Source: Octopus vulgaris (lineage: Eukaryota). From it: 64,000 nucleotides of DNA. The notes under the pieces are model-generated. The model was not told the origin of the DNA, made no database searches, and saw nothing but the letters and a program-made list of their open reading frames with translations. The position numbers and the translations under genes are program-made. Each line of letters opens with the position of its first letter. Within the stretch, counting starts at the first letter, position 1. Location of the stretch: NCBI GenBank assembly GCA_951406725.2, contig OX597816.1, forward strand, positions 164,238,001 to 164,302,000, read 5' to 3'. Below, in pieces: positions 39,924 through 52,990 of this stretch.

Positions 39924-40509
39924 AAAAGTGAGGAAATGGTGAACAGGAACTGATCCGAGCCTATGTTGGCAATTCTTCTTAGACATCCCAGTAAACAAAA
40001 CAAAACGAAAACAACAAAAAAAAGTTAAATAAAGATGAAAGCTGTACGGATGTATGTGCGCGCTCGTTTATGAATGTATGAAAAACGAAGTGTGTGAGTG
40101 TGTTCGTTTTAATCGGCATAAGGTTAGACATGTGGCTGAAACTATACATGCATATTACATATAGTTGTACATATAAATATCGATATTATACATTATATAA
40201 ATATGACATATATATATATTATATACAGATATATATATTTGTGCATGTGTTCTATAATTGTATATGTCATTCTGGCCAGTACATGAATCTTATATTTTAA
40301 CTATATAGATATATATATATACAGACGTACGTGTGTATGTATATATATATACAATGGTTTATCAAGTGTGTGTGTGTGTGAAAACACAAGTATATCAATT
40401 TGAACATTTAATTATTATATGAACGGAAGTACATGTCAGTATTCCATTCTTATATCTGTAATACATACATTTGTGTACAAATTGTTATATTTAATAGAGA
40501 TCTCAACGA

Positions 40510-40518
40510 GTACTCTTT

Positions 40519-40556
<38 letters not shown>

Positions 40557-40701
40557 ATATGCATACATGTATGGATATATACTATATATATGCATACGGC
40601 ATGTATATATGTTTACAATGCATACATTATATATATATATATATATATATATACACAATATGCATACATGTTTTATATATATAAATTCGTTTTCTGCTAT
40701 C

Positions 40702-40736
<35 letters not shown>

Positions 40737-40763
40737 GTCTTTGTATATATACTCACACTTTTA

Positions 40764-40814
<51 letters not shown>

Positions 40815-40837
40815 GTCTTTGTATATTCTGCTATCAT

Positions 40838-40868
<31 letters not shown>

Positions 40869-40940
40869 GTCTTTGTATATATACTCACACTTTTATCTAT
40901 ATATATATATATATCTGTATATATATATATCTGTATATAA
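40510..40940. repeat. (TA)n tract with short internal tandem duplications
   Basis: AAACGTCTTTGTATAT three times; TCTGCTATCATTA and CTCACACTTTTATC twice each. Confidence 0.85.
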
Positions 40941-41339
40941 ACATAGCCAGATATACATGTAGAGAATTATCACACGACTCTTCTGGAAAGAACTGTGTGT
41001 ATTACACACACACACACACACACATAGAGGAATTTATTCCAGCCCAAGACACACATACACAGCTACACGCACGTACACACACACTTCTCCTCTATCTCCC
41101 TGCATGCATTAGTGCTCTACACTGATGTTTATTTCAATCAGGTAAATATCACCGAAATCAAACACTTCCTTTTCTATAGCAGGTCTATATATTATACATA
41201 GCCTGGCCCAGCTCGCTAGGAACAGAGAGACAGGCCACCATTATTCTGGTCTAGAAACCTATCAGACCATCTAATGTCAAAAATACAAAGCTGACGACAT
41301 ATTTCTGACATACGCACTCAAGTAATTAAATTGCTGTAA

Positions 41340-41342
<3 letters not shown>

Positions 41343-41375
<33 letters not shown>

Positions 41376-41378
41376 CAT

Positions 41379-41409
<31 letters not shown>

Positions 41410-41446
41410 CATACATACACACACATATATATATATATACATACAT

Positions 41447-41477
<31 letters not shown>

Positions 41478-41688
41478 CATACATACACACACATATATAT
41501 ATATATACATACATACACACACACATATATATATATATATACATACATACACACACATATATATATATATATATACATACACACACACACACATATATAT
41601 ATATACATACATACACACACACATATATATATATATATACATACACACACACACACACATATATATATATACATACACACACACACAC

Positions 41689-41774
<86 letters not shown>

Positions 41775-41775
41775 G
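41343..41775. repeat. Higher-order compound microsatellite [(TA)n(CATA)1-2(CA)n]
   Basis: About a dozen ~30-bp units, directly visible. Confidence 0.93.
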
Positions 41776-42184
41776 TATGTATATGTATGCATGCGTGTAT
41801 GTACGTATGCGTGCGTGTGTATATATATATATGTGTGCATGTGCGTGTCTGCTTTTGCACATGTGTATATATGCATATATGTATGTTTATATATACACAT
41901 TTATTTGTATGTGTATATATATATATATGCAAATTTGTACTATATATGTTACTTAAATACATTGAGCGCGCGCGTATGTGTTTATATATATATATATGTA
42001 CACACACATTTATGTATGCAAATATATCTGTATACGAGATATACATGACTATATACATTTACATACATGAATATGTATGCATTTATATAGATATACCTAT
42101 ATTTACGTATACATGTTTATATCTTTGTATATTATTCGTGTGTGTGTGTATGTAATGATACGTATATACAAATACGATATATAC

Positions 42185-42218
<34 letters not shown>

Positions 42219-42942
42219 TAAAGACGAACATCATATAGAAGTCAAACGCGTGTATGCTATATATGTCATATACACACAATGCTTGCCTGTGTATATATAT
42301 ATATATATAATGTGATGCGTTGAAATTGGGTAACTATATATTATCTGTAACTCTATATCGTTCTGTCAGAAGAAGAAAATATTTTATCTATTATTTTTTT
42401 TTCCCTTATTTTTCCTCTTCACTCATTCAGAACAATAAGACTTACAACAACAACAACAACAACAACACCACCACCACGAAGGACATTGCCCACAAGCAGA
42501 AATCCCAGTAACAATAAAGCAACATAATATATATATATATGTATGAGTATATATATATATGTATATATATAAATGTTTGTCTGTTGGAGGAATATGAATC
42601 ACACAACGAGTGTTTTACTTTTTTTGGTATTAATAATGTATGTGAAGGATCTTTCTCTATCTCTCCTTCCATCTTGACTCTGTTTTTTGGCCAGTCCACA
42701 TTCGCAAGGTGCGTAGGGGGTCGGTTTCCGGGTTTCTCTGGCGTATATTCTGCTATGTGTGTATATTCGTTCATATGTACAAATATGTGCATTTATATTG
42801 ATATGTGTAGATATACATAGATGTGACTATATCTGTGTGTACGTATATTGATGCGTATTAATATCCAGTCATATGCATGTTACACACATAGATATACACA
42901 TAGTTATATATAGATATACGCATAGTTATATATACACATTTA

Positions 42943-43172
42943 AAGGCGGCGAGCTGGCAGAATCGTTAGCAAGCCGCGCGAAATGCGTAGCCGTATTTCA
43001 TCTGTCGTTACGTTCTGAGTTCAAATTCCGCCGAGGTCGACTTTGCCTTTCATCCTTTCAGGGGTCGATAAAGTACCAGTTTTGCACAGGGGTCGATTTT
43101 AACGACTTTATCCCTTTGGCTGTCCTTGTTTGTCCCCTCTATGTTTAGCCCCTTGTGGGTAGTAAATAAATA
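42943..43172 (+). mobile_element. SINE family B, full length
   Basis: AAGGCGGCGAGCTGGCAGAATCGTTAGC head, GAGTTCAAATTCC B-box, GCCTTTCATCCTTTC central motif, TAGCCCCTTGTGGGTAGTAAA tail. Confidence 0.95.
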
Positions 43173-43320
43173 TATATATATATACACAGTAACACAACAA
43201 TATACGCTTGCGCGCGCGCATTAATTGTTCGTCTGAATATCTGTTAATTTTTCCCTATGTCTTCAGATACTAAACTGCATATTTATGTGTGTGTCTTTAT
43301 ATCTATCTATCTATCTATCT

Positions 43321-43490
43321 CCACCCCCTTTTTTTTTAAATTTTATTCCCCCCTTTTTTGTCCTCTTTCTTTCCCTTTACGATCCCTTTTGATCGAAAAC
43401 CAAACCCACTTTTTTTTACCCCCAAAAGAAAAGCTCTACCTTGTAATTTGTCCTGTCTGTGTGCAGCCCTGTGTGGCTAATAAAGAAACA
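43321..43490 (+). mobile_element. 5'-truncated LINE-like 3'UTR flanked by (TATC)n
   Basis: Pyrimidine-rich body ending GCCCTGTGTGGCTAATAAAGAAAC, with (TATC)n on both sides; tail similar to SINE family B tail. Confidence 0.55.
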
Positions 43491-43541
<51 letters not shown>

Positions 43542-44297
43542 ATGCTATGATTTGATAGGCTGTGTCGAATTTTACAATTCTGTAAATAATAATAAGCTTA
43601 TAAGCGATCACCGTGAACTGACTTAAGAAAATGGTCTAACATTGCAGCATATATATAAAGCACGTCCACTTTGCTATCCCAGTTCTGCATAGTTCAAAAT
43701 ATGAAAAGTAATATAGCATGGAATATGACATATACAACAGCAAAGACTTTTATACAACAGCCTACTAACACTTGTTTGTGAAACCCATAAGTAGTCAACC
43801 AGTTTACTAGAAATGCCAGCTTACATTTTTAAATTACAGGTTACCTACAGGCTAAAGAAAGCAACGGACAAATTTCTCATTGTGGCCTGTTGAAAAAAAA
43901 AACAAAAAACACGGTGTACGAAAGAATTTTTGGTTGGATATAGCTTAGCTCTCTGAACAATCTGGGTTGACCTAGAAGTAGATAAACACTTCGAATAAAT
44001 CTCGTGACCCTTCAGCCGAGGAGCGGGGCATCGTCGTTTGTCAATCAAAGGATGCTTGAAATAATATCAAATCCTCCCTCGTAATTGCCTCTATACTGTT
44101 TTAGGAAGGCACATAGTCAATAAACTGATGTGTACACACACACACACAGAGAAATATGTATATATACCCACACACAAACATACACACATTATATATATAA
44201 AAATTTATATAAATAAGGAGAAGATCGTTAATTTAAATATAAATCTTTTCACGTGGCCAGCATGGGAATAAAAAACCTTCAAAGGTAATAATTATTA

Positions 44298-44445
44298 TTA
44301 AAATTATAATTTAGGGTATCTATGAGATACCACCACGCTGGAAATAGCAGTCAAAACTTGACTCTGAATGTGGTTTTAGAGTCAAGTTTTGACTGCTATT
44401 TCCAGCATGGTGGTATCTCTTAGCTGCCCTAAATAATAATTTTAA
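44298..44445. repeat. 68-bp inverted repeat (5 mismatches) with 12-nt loop
   Basis: 44298-44365 versus 44378-44445; inner GCTGGAAATAGCAGTCAAAACTTGACTCT is perfectly complementary. Confidence 0.95.
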
Positions 44446-45404
44446 CATATATATATACATATATATATTACATTCTGGTATACACATTGTAGTATGCTGT
44501 TTAAAGCCCGTTCACAAAACACTCGTGAATTTCACTTTTCTTCCTTCGTGTGTGTGTGAGCGCGGCTCTATAGTTATTTATATAGAATAGTAATCAGGTA
44601 TACAGTATATATACACACGAACATATATGAGTGTGTGTACACTATGTAGTTAGTTATTCATATAAAATAGTTATGATATATATATATATATACACACACC
44701 TTTATTTTTGTGTTTGTGTCTATTATGTATGCATAATGAATGTCTGAACACATCTAAATGTATATTTATCTGCATTTATCTGCATTTCTCAATATATATA
44801 GCTTTGTGTATCTCATATATACTTGTACGTCTATCTTAAACGCACAAACACATATAATATTCATATATATATTTATCAGAGAATGTTTATTTTACAATAA
44901 CCGTCGCGAATTTATCTCAGATCTTGTGCTTTTCAAACATTCTCTCTCTCTCTCTCTTTCCTCTGTTTTGCCATATTTTACCCAAACTACGCTGATTTGC
45001 TTATCTTTTGGGGCAACGAAAGATTAAAATGGGAAATTAAACTTTTCGACATAGCAACTTCCTTCGTCTCGGAAGTGTAACTTTTGAATCGTAATCCTTG
45101 CCTAGAGGATTAACGGGCAGGAAAAAAAAAAAAAAAAGTTAGCTGGTAGCTTCTTAAGGGTTTGTGAACATTGGGAGCTGTTTTCATTAATCTGGAGTCT
45201 TAATTATTTCGTTTTTAGCTTGTGTGTGTGTTGGCAGACACTCTCACTTCGGTGTGTGCACGTAATATATGCCTATATATACATTCAAATTTTTATACAT
45301 GATTTTTATAGATATTTGTGTCTTCCATACGCGTAGTAAATATATATTGACACACACACACACAAACGTATGTTACATAGTAAATATATTGTTATACGCA
45401 GTTC

Positions 45405-45446
45405 AAGGCGGTGCCCCAGCATGGCCACAGTCTAATGACTGAAACA
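45405..45446 (+). mobile_element. Isolated family A-type 3' tail
   Basis: AAGGCGGTGCCCCAGCATGGCCACAGTCTAATGACTGAAACA followed by (TA)n. Confidence 0.75.
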
Positions 45447-45477
<31 letters not shown>

Positions 45478-45629
45478 CGTATATATAGATATTATATATT
45501 GATATATGCGTACACTAAATTTTATACACGTTTTAAACGTTGGTATGTATGTTGATTTTGACGATGTGTGGTCTGTTTCACTCATTCAATCGTCTATTTA
45601 ATAATAATAATAATAATAAAAAAGATTGG

Positions 45630-45805
45630 ATGGTTGTGTATTCCAGGGACACGTCTATCCTCAAAATTTATTCCCCAGGTTGAGTCAACATCACAAAGTG
45701 TGTGCGGCTATGTTGGATCCTTTGAACTACAGGCACACAATGCGAAACATTTGTCCCCAAATCGGTTACCCTGTATAATCGAACCCGGGACCTCATAATT
45801 ACGGA
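45630..45805 (-). mobile_element. Probable old tRNA-derived SINE fragment
   Basis: Reverse strand GAGGTCCCGGGTTCGATT, a tRNA T-arm/B-box pattern; remainder not matched within the window. Confidence 0.35.
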
Positions 45806-46216
45806 CGTTTTTTTTCTCTTTTACACACACACACACACACACACACACGACCTTCATTAAATGCCCAACATCGGCCATGGTAGAGAATAAATATCTAAGC
45901 GTTTGATATATAAACTCGTATATCTGTGAATATGTATTTGTGTGTTCCGTTTATATATAACACGTCATACACGTACGCGCACTTTTAGATTATATTTGTG
46001 TCTTCCTTTAATTAGTCCCAGGTCATTTTGATAAATTTTTGGTTGAGAAAATTCGATTAGGCTTTCCAAACATAGCCATCACGTCTTTATAGATTTATCT
46101 AAGAATTAACATTGTTGTTCTTATTTTCTGAAAATCCATTTATCAGTTTTGTGTGTGTGTGTGTGTATATATGTATGTATCTGTTTATATAATATACATG
46201 CTCATACGCACATATG

Positions 46217-46248
<32 letters not shown>

Positions 46249-46842
46249 ATCTATCTATCTATCTATCTATCTATATACACACACACACACACAACACGCT
46301 CACCTGTATGTATATATACACAACACCTGTATGTATGTATATCTACCGTGTTTATTCGCACTGTTATATATTGGATTTTTAAGTGAAAAAACTGGGGTGT
46401 GACATACACGAAGCAAAGCCAAAATTAAGAAAGGGGGGGAAAAAACAACTTGAACCAAAATTTAACACTAAATTAGGAGCGCAATTAAATAAGGTGTGTG
46501 TGCACACACACTCGCGCACTCACAGCAAGTACCAGAGTCGTTGCACAATTACTCTGCGTGTAATTGTGTATATATTTTATATATGAACATGTGTGTGCGG
46601 GAATAAATAAGCGTGTGTGTGTGTGTGTATCATTGATTTCTGTTCATAAATGTTTGGATATATTAAAAACTATGCAAATACACACACGCACTTTAAATAT
46701 ATAAATTTTTATCTCGTACATAGATATTTATTGTATATTTATAATTCGTCTATCTTTTTACAGTGTCTATCTTTTATTTTGTCCAATGTTACATATCGTT
46801 TCCCTTTTTATCCGAAAAGATACATTTTTCTGGAAATTATAC

Positions 46843-47133
46843 AGGTGTGGCTGTGGTAAAAAAATTTCGTTTCCAAACCACATGGTTCCGGGTTCAGTCC
46901 CACTGCGTGTCACCTTATACTTTTGCCTCGGGTCGGCCGAAGCTCTGTACGTAGATTTGGTAGACAGGAAAAAGCCCGTCGTGTGTGGATGTCTGTTTGT
47001 CCCCGTACCATAGCGGTTCAGCAACAGACACCGATAGAATAAGTACAGGGGTTGATTCAATCGACTAAAATTCCTCCAGGTTGTGCCCCAGCATGGCCGC
47101 AATACAATGATAAACAGGTAAAAGAACAAAAGA
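46843..47133 (+). mobile_element. SINE family A, deleted/diverged
   Basis: AACCACATGGTTCCGGGTTCAGTCCCACTGCGTG and GTGCCCCAGCATGGCCGCA. Confidence 0.88.
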
Positions 47134-47951
47134 ATTACCCGTGTGTGTGTGTGTGTATGTGTATAAGATGTTTGCGTTGCGTTCGTTGCTTTATTCGTTT
47201 TCCTCGAGTCGATGCGCCAAACATGGCATTAGCCACAATGGTTAAAACAATCTGTAGAAAGAAAGAAAGGAACCGGGCAAGCAAAACTTAAGCCGATCAT
47301 CATAAAAGAACTCTGTGAGAAACAGAACAGATGGAATCTATAAACATACCATTATGTTGAAGAAAACTGAAATAATAAATATCTTTGAAAATATTTTGGC
47401 TGGGCATTAGTCGACTACTCAGATGTGAGTATACTGCTGTTGTTTAGTTCAAGGAGAGTGCTCATTGAGCACACATATATGATCAAAATGGTTCCAACCA
47501 CGACCATCACTCATTGTTTTCATGATTACTGTATTCTGCACTATAAAGGTCACCCGTATTATGGAATATATAGATATATTTTTAAGACTATTATGACGGA
47601 CATTTGGCTGCTATTTCTAGCTTTTACGTTTCTCGTTTGTGTTAACTGTTGTTGCTGTATCGACTCTGGTCATCTCTAACAGGCATTCCAGCCATGACCA
47701 TCGTGTCTTTTTAGAGATTAGATTAATCTACATTCTCCAACTTGTCCTGTTTTAGATACAGTAAGTTATGTTATGAGGGAGAGTTTGGTTGCCATATCTA
47801 GCAGGTCAGTCAAATAAAATATATTTCCTCTCAATGACGTCTAACGCCATATTACTTTTAGGGTCACAAAATTGCATTATCATCATCATCATCATCATCA
47901 TCATCATGTGTTGTGGGTCACTTCGTAATTATATGTAAACAACTCAATATA

Positions 47952-48324
47952 GGTGCGGGCGTGGCTACGTGGTAAGAAGCTTACTTCCCAACCACATGGT
48001 TCCGAGTTCAGACCCACAGCGTGGTACATTGGGACAAGTCTTGTACTATAGCTTCGGACCGCTCAAAGCCTTGTGGATGGATTTAGTAGACGGAAACTGA
48101 AAGAAGCCCGTCATATATGTATAGTGTGTGTATGTTTGTGTCTGTTCCACCACCACTTGGCGATCAGTGTTGCTTTGTTTACGTCCCAGTAAGCTTGCGG
48201 TTCGACAAAAGAGTCCGATTGAATAAGTACCAGTCTTGAAAAAGTATGTACTGGTGTCGATTCGTCCGAATGAAAATTCATAAAGGCGGTGCCCCAGCAT
48301 GGCCACAGTCTAATGACCGAAACT
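47952..48324 (+). mobile_element. SINE family A, diverged but CpG-retaining
   Basis: GGTGCGGGCGTGGCTACGTGGTAAG head to GGCGGTGCCCCAGCATGGCCACAGTC tail. Confidence 0.92.
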
Positions 48325-48769
48325 TGGAGTTTTCTGTCATAGTAACGAGAAGCGTTTTCTGTCTCAGAGAAAATAATAAATTGATGTGATGATGACAATA
48401 ACAGCATTAATTAATAATTAATGATAAATGATGGTTAATTCCTTAGGAGAAATGAGGATGGTGGGGAAGGAATCTGTGTCAACTCAGAATGTTATTCTTT
48501 GTTTTTGTAGAAATGTCGATATATGGGTCAGTATGAAAAAAAAAACGGGAACTAAGCAAATATGGCATTTATTATTACTGAAAACCCTCATATGTTGCCC
48601 TTGTGGCAAATAAAAATAATTTATAAACGAACGGGCTAATATATTAAACTTGTATTTTAGGTCCATCTTCTTAACATTTTGAGTTCAAATCTCAGAGATT
48701 TGCCAATTTTGGGATTATACTAGATTAAGAGTAAACCTACATTGGTTTCGCTAATAGAATAATTTGAGC

Positions 48770-48977
48770 CTTTCTACTATAGGTAAGAGGGCCTGAAATT
48801 TTGGGAGAAGGGGCTAGTCGATTTCATCGATCCCAGTATTCAATTGGTATTTAATTTATCGAACCGCCGATAGGAAGAAAACCGATGTCAACATTAGCGT
48901 TATTTAAACTTAGAACCGAAAGACGGATGAAATGCCGCTAAGCATTTGGTCCGGCGATTGTGCCAGCTCGCTGCCTT
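48770..48977 (-). mobile_element. SINE family B-related, alternative 3' end
   Basis: GCCAGCTCGCTGCCTT head (reverse) and GAAATGCCGCTAAGCATTT; 3' part GGCCTGAAATTTTGGG differs from other B copies. Confidence 0.7.
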
Positions 48978-49156
48978 AAGAATAAGAAATGATAGAAGAA
49001 AATTTATCGTTATTGAATTTGAACTTGAAAAACTAGATTAATATCGCGAGTCGTTTTCTGTGGCCAGAGTAAATCTGCTGCTGAAATTTCTAAATTTATA
49101 AAAGTAATTTAGAAAAACAGCTCAAGTAAATAAATTACACACACACACGTGTTATA

Positions 49157-49201
<45 letters not shown>

Positions 49202-50204
49202 TTGTTTGAGGGAACATAAATCCAAACTTACAGGGAAAAAAAATTCAAATTAGAAATACTAAATGAGATTTCACACAATATCATATATAATTATGTAATT
49301 TAATTGTTCATTTTGAATTGATAAAAGGTGGGGTTTTTTTTCTAATTATATATATATATATATATATCGTCGGACAATGTCTTACTTGGCTGAAACTTCG
49401 AAGTCACTGTCAGTGTTTACGAATAGTACTTTTGTATTATAGAAAAGTATAGATTAACCCACTCTGATTAATGTAAAAATTATTTTTATTATAACAGGAT
49501 ATAAAAATAAACTTGTGAGTGCTTGTATTTTAATATTTTATATACACATTACAAGTATATGTGCGTATGTTTGTATGTATACACATACACACACATACAT
49601 ATATACAAAAGAGTTTTTCAACCAAATATATTACATGCTGTTATTTATAGCTTTTTGTTTTGTGTACCTACTTCGAAATATTCCATTCCAAAGAAAAACA
49701 AAAAACAATTATCTATCGTCCTCTTGAAAGATTCTAAAATTCCTATGACGTCAACAATGCATGTCCCAGATTTTGGTAATTTACAACAACAACAACACCA
49801 ACACCAACACCTAAAACTATTCCTCTTCCAACTTAATATTCCTCAGATTCTTCCAAATAGTCTCTCCTAATTCTTTGTATTCTTCCAAATTTTTCCAATT
49901 CATTTTTTTTTTAAACATGCTTTGCAACAATATTTCACCACCATCATCATCATCTTTTTATTTCTCGTGCTCTCTCTCTCTCTCTCTCTCTCTCCGATTT
50001 TGTTATTGTTCCACAGAACGGGAAGTTTAGGTAAACAACAGAACATGTCATAACGTGACCTTTAATAAACTAGACAAACATGCTATATATATATATATAT
50101 ATATTTTTTTTTTTATTTGAGAACAAAATCTTTGTGGAGAATGGCGATTTGACGTCTATATCTAGCATGTTGACTGTCCACTTTTTCGTGTTCAGTCCTT
50201 AATT

Positions 50205-50251
<47 letters not shown>

Positions 50252-50403
50252 TAAGCTAAAAATATACTTGTCTAAATATGTATTATACTAAAAATACACA
50301 TGCATATATAGTCTAGTAACGTGTAAGTAATATACAATACATATATACATGTTAGGGATTTTCATATGCTTTGTTGCTACGTTTTCGAAATATTAAAATT
50401 TTT

Positions 50404-50440
<37 letters not shown>

Positions 50441-50676
50441 CGATTCGTATAGTCACTGTTGAATATTAAATATAAAGGTTTGTTTGTGTGTATGTGTGTA
50501 TTGAATTCGTTATTGGTTAACTGAAGATTATACGAACAACAAGGGTACGAGTTCTTTTAATTTCTTTTTAGACATTTCTGAGGCCACAATCGAAAATCTG
50601 TGCGTGTGTGTATGTGTAAACTTAAGGCAATCTGTAAAATATCTTATTTGTATGTTTGTATCTCTCCCTCTCTTTC

Positions 50677-50739
<63 letters not shown>

Positions 50740-50999
50740 GGTCACACTTACTTGAAAGATTTTCTTAGAAGTTATTAATTATTAAAAAAATATCTTGGAA
50801 GAGAAAAACGACACACAAACCATTTACATATATATACACTTATATATGTATATGTTTGTGCGGTCGTGTATTAATATATGAATTAATGTATGTATGTATA
50901 TGTAAGTATGTATGTATGTATATATGTATGAGTATATATATATATATGAGTATATATATATATATATATATATATGAATATTTTCGTGTTTGTGGTTTA

Positions 51000-51300
51000 T
51001 TCTTTAAATTGGGATAAAGGCAATAGAGAACTGCTAGAAAAATTCGATACGAAGTAGAACCTGTCACAGTTTATTAGACAGCAAAACAGAGTGACTGTGA
51101 CTTCGAAGTTCCGTCGGTAGCGGCTGCGATATGATACAGGCGAATTCACGTGCGCGTGCGTGCGTGTGTGTATGTCTGTCTCTCTGAACAAAATTTAAAA
51201 CTGGGGCTGTTGCTAAGAAATTCGAACGAGAAATCTCACGACAGCGGACATCTTTCCGTTTGTGATGTATATAGTTGTTTGTTAGACATAGAGGTAGGAC
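51000..51300 (+). promoter_or_regulatory. Candidate CpG-rich promoter/first exon
   Basis: Unique CpG-dense sequence just upstream of the CpG-depleted domain; donor-like AG|GTAGGA at 51294. Strand and function are inference. Confidence 0.4.
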
Positions 51301-51849
51301 AAAAATTACCGCGATCACCACCCTGGTTTGTGTGTGTGTATAAAAACTACCAAATTTAACCATCATTACTGACTAATAATAGTAAAGTAATTTACCTTTA
51401 ATGATGATGGTTATTAATCTAAATGTAAAGAATTAAACTTGCGGTAGCTTCTAACTTGGCATCGGAACAGCTCTCTGTACTGCTGTAGCCAATAGTATAT
51501 ATATATACATGTGTGTGTGTGTGTGTGTGTCCGCGTGTGTATTTATAAAACTTGCGTATACAGTATATAATATAACGCTAGGCACACGTGCACAGTACAT
51601 ACATACGTTTATGTGTGTGTGTGTCAGTCAGAGAGATGAACAGATTCAAGTTTGGTTCAATTCAAATATATGTTTAAATTAGGAATATACTATTAATAAT
51701 TATAATGGCTACTGGTGTTAGCAAGGCTATAATACACCTAAGCGTGTGTTTGTGTGCTTGCGGGTAATAATGTGAGCATTATCATACATGTATCAGATGT
51801 TGCAGATGTGTATTACACATTTGATATTACACAGATACATATTCATATA

Positions 51850-51874
51850 TATGTGTGTGTGTGTAAGCTTTGTA

Positions 51875-51912
<38 letters not shown>

Positions 51913-52163
51913 CTTTGTTTGTGTGTGTGTGTGTATGCTTTGTTTGTGTGTGTGTGTGTGTATGCTATGTTTGTGTGTATGCTTTGTATGTGTGCATGTC
52001 TATGTATTTATGTATATATATGCATATATGTATATATATATATATATGTATATGTGTGCATGTATATATATGCATATATGTATATATATATATGTATATG
52101 TGTGCATGTATATATATGCATATATGTATATATATGTATATGTGTGCATGTATATATATGTGT

Positions 52164-52198
<35 letters not shown>

Positions 52199-52370
52199 CA
52201 TGTATATATATATGTGCATGTATATATATGTGTGTGTGTCAATGTATATATATATATATACATATATGCATGTATATGTGTGCATGCATATATGCATGTA
52301 TGTGTGCATGCATGTATATATGTGTGCATGCATATATGCATGTATATATGTGTGCATGTATATATGTATA
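51850..52370. repeat. (TG)n/(TA)n/TGCA compound microsatellite
   Basis: Directly visible. Confidence 0.93.
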
Positions 52371-52629
52371 TAACTCGCACATATAGATATATATGCACAC
52401 ATTCTACATATCTACATACAAGTTTATATAAGCATTTGATAAATATGAACCTCTGTAACCATTTTACATCATCCAGAAACTATTTAACACAGTTTCTTTC
52501 GACAAATATTTCACAATCCTCAAAAATTCAAAAAAGAGCAGCTGCCTAGTAAAGATCTGGAATATTGAAATATGGTCCCTTCAGACAAGAAGATAGATTG
52601 AGACAAAACTTTATCTCGGTTCCTTTATC

Positions 52630-52954
52630 TTTTAGAATTCAGATTTTTTTGGTAATTATATCCACATGTTTCTTCATATTGTTTCGAATTAATCAGAAAT
52701 AATCCTATGCCTTTCAAGATTCCAATATTCTTTTGTTCTTCAAATTGTTTCAGTCATTTGACTGCGGCCATGCTGGAGCACTGCGTTTGGTCGAACAAAC
52801 CAACTCCAGGAATTGTTCTCTGTAAGCCTAGTTAGTACTTATTCTATCGGTCTCTTTTGCCAAACCGCTAAGTTATGGGAACGTAAACACACCAGCATTG
52901 ACTGTCAAGTGATGGTCGTGGTTGGGGGGGGCCGAATACATGCACACACACACA

Positions 52955-52990
<36 letters not shown>

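Noticed and set aside
42590-42760. Minus-strand peptide AEYTPEKPGNRPPTHLANVDWPKNRVKMEGEIEKD as a coding exon
   Set aside because: No convincing polypyrimidine acceptor or donor and no recognisable family; cannot be supported without BLASTX or RNA-seq.
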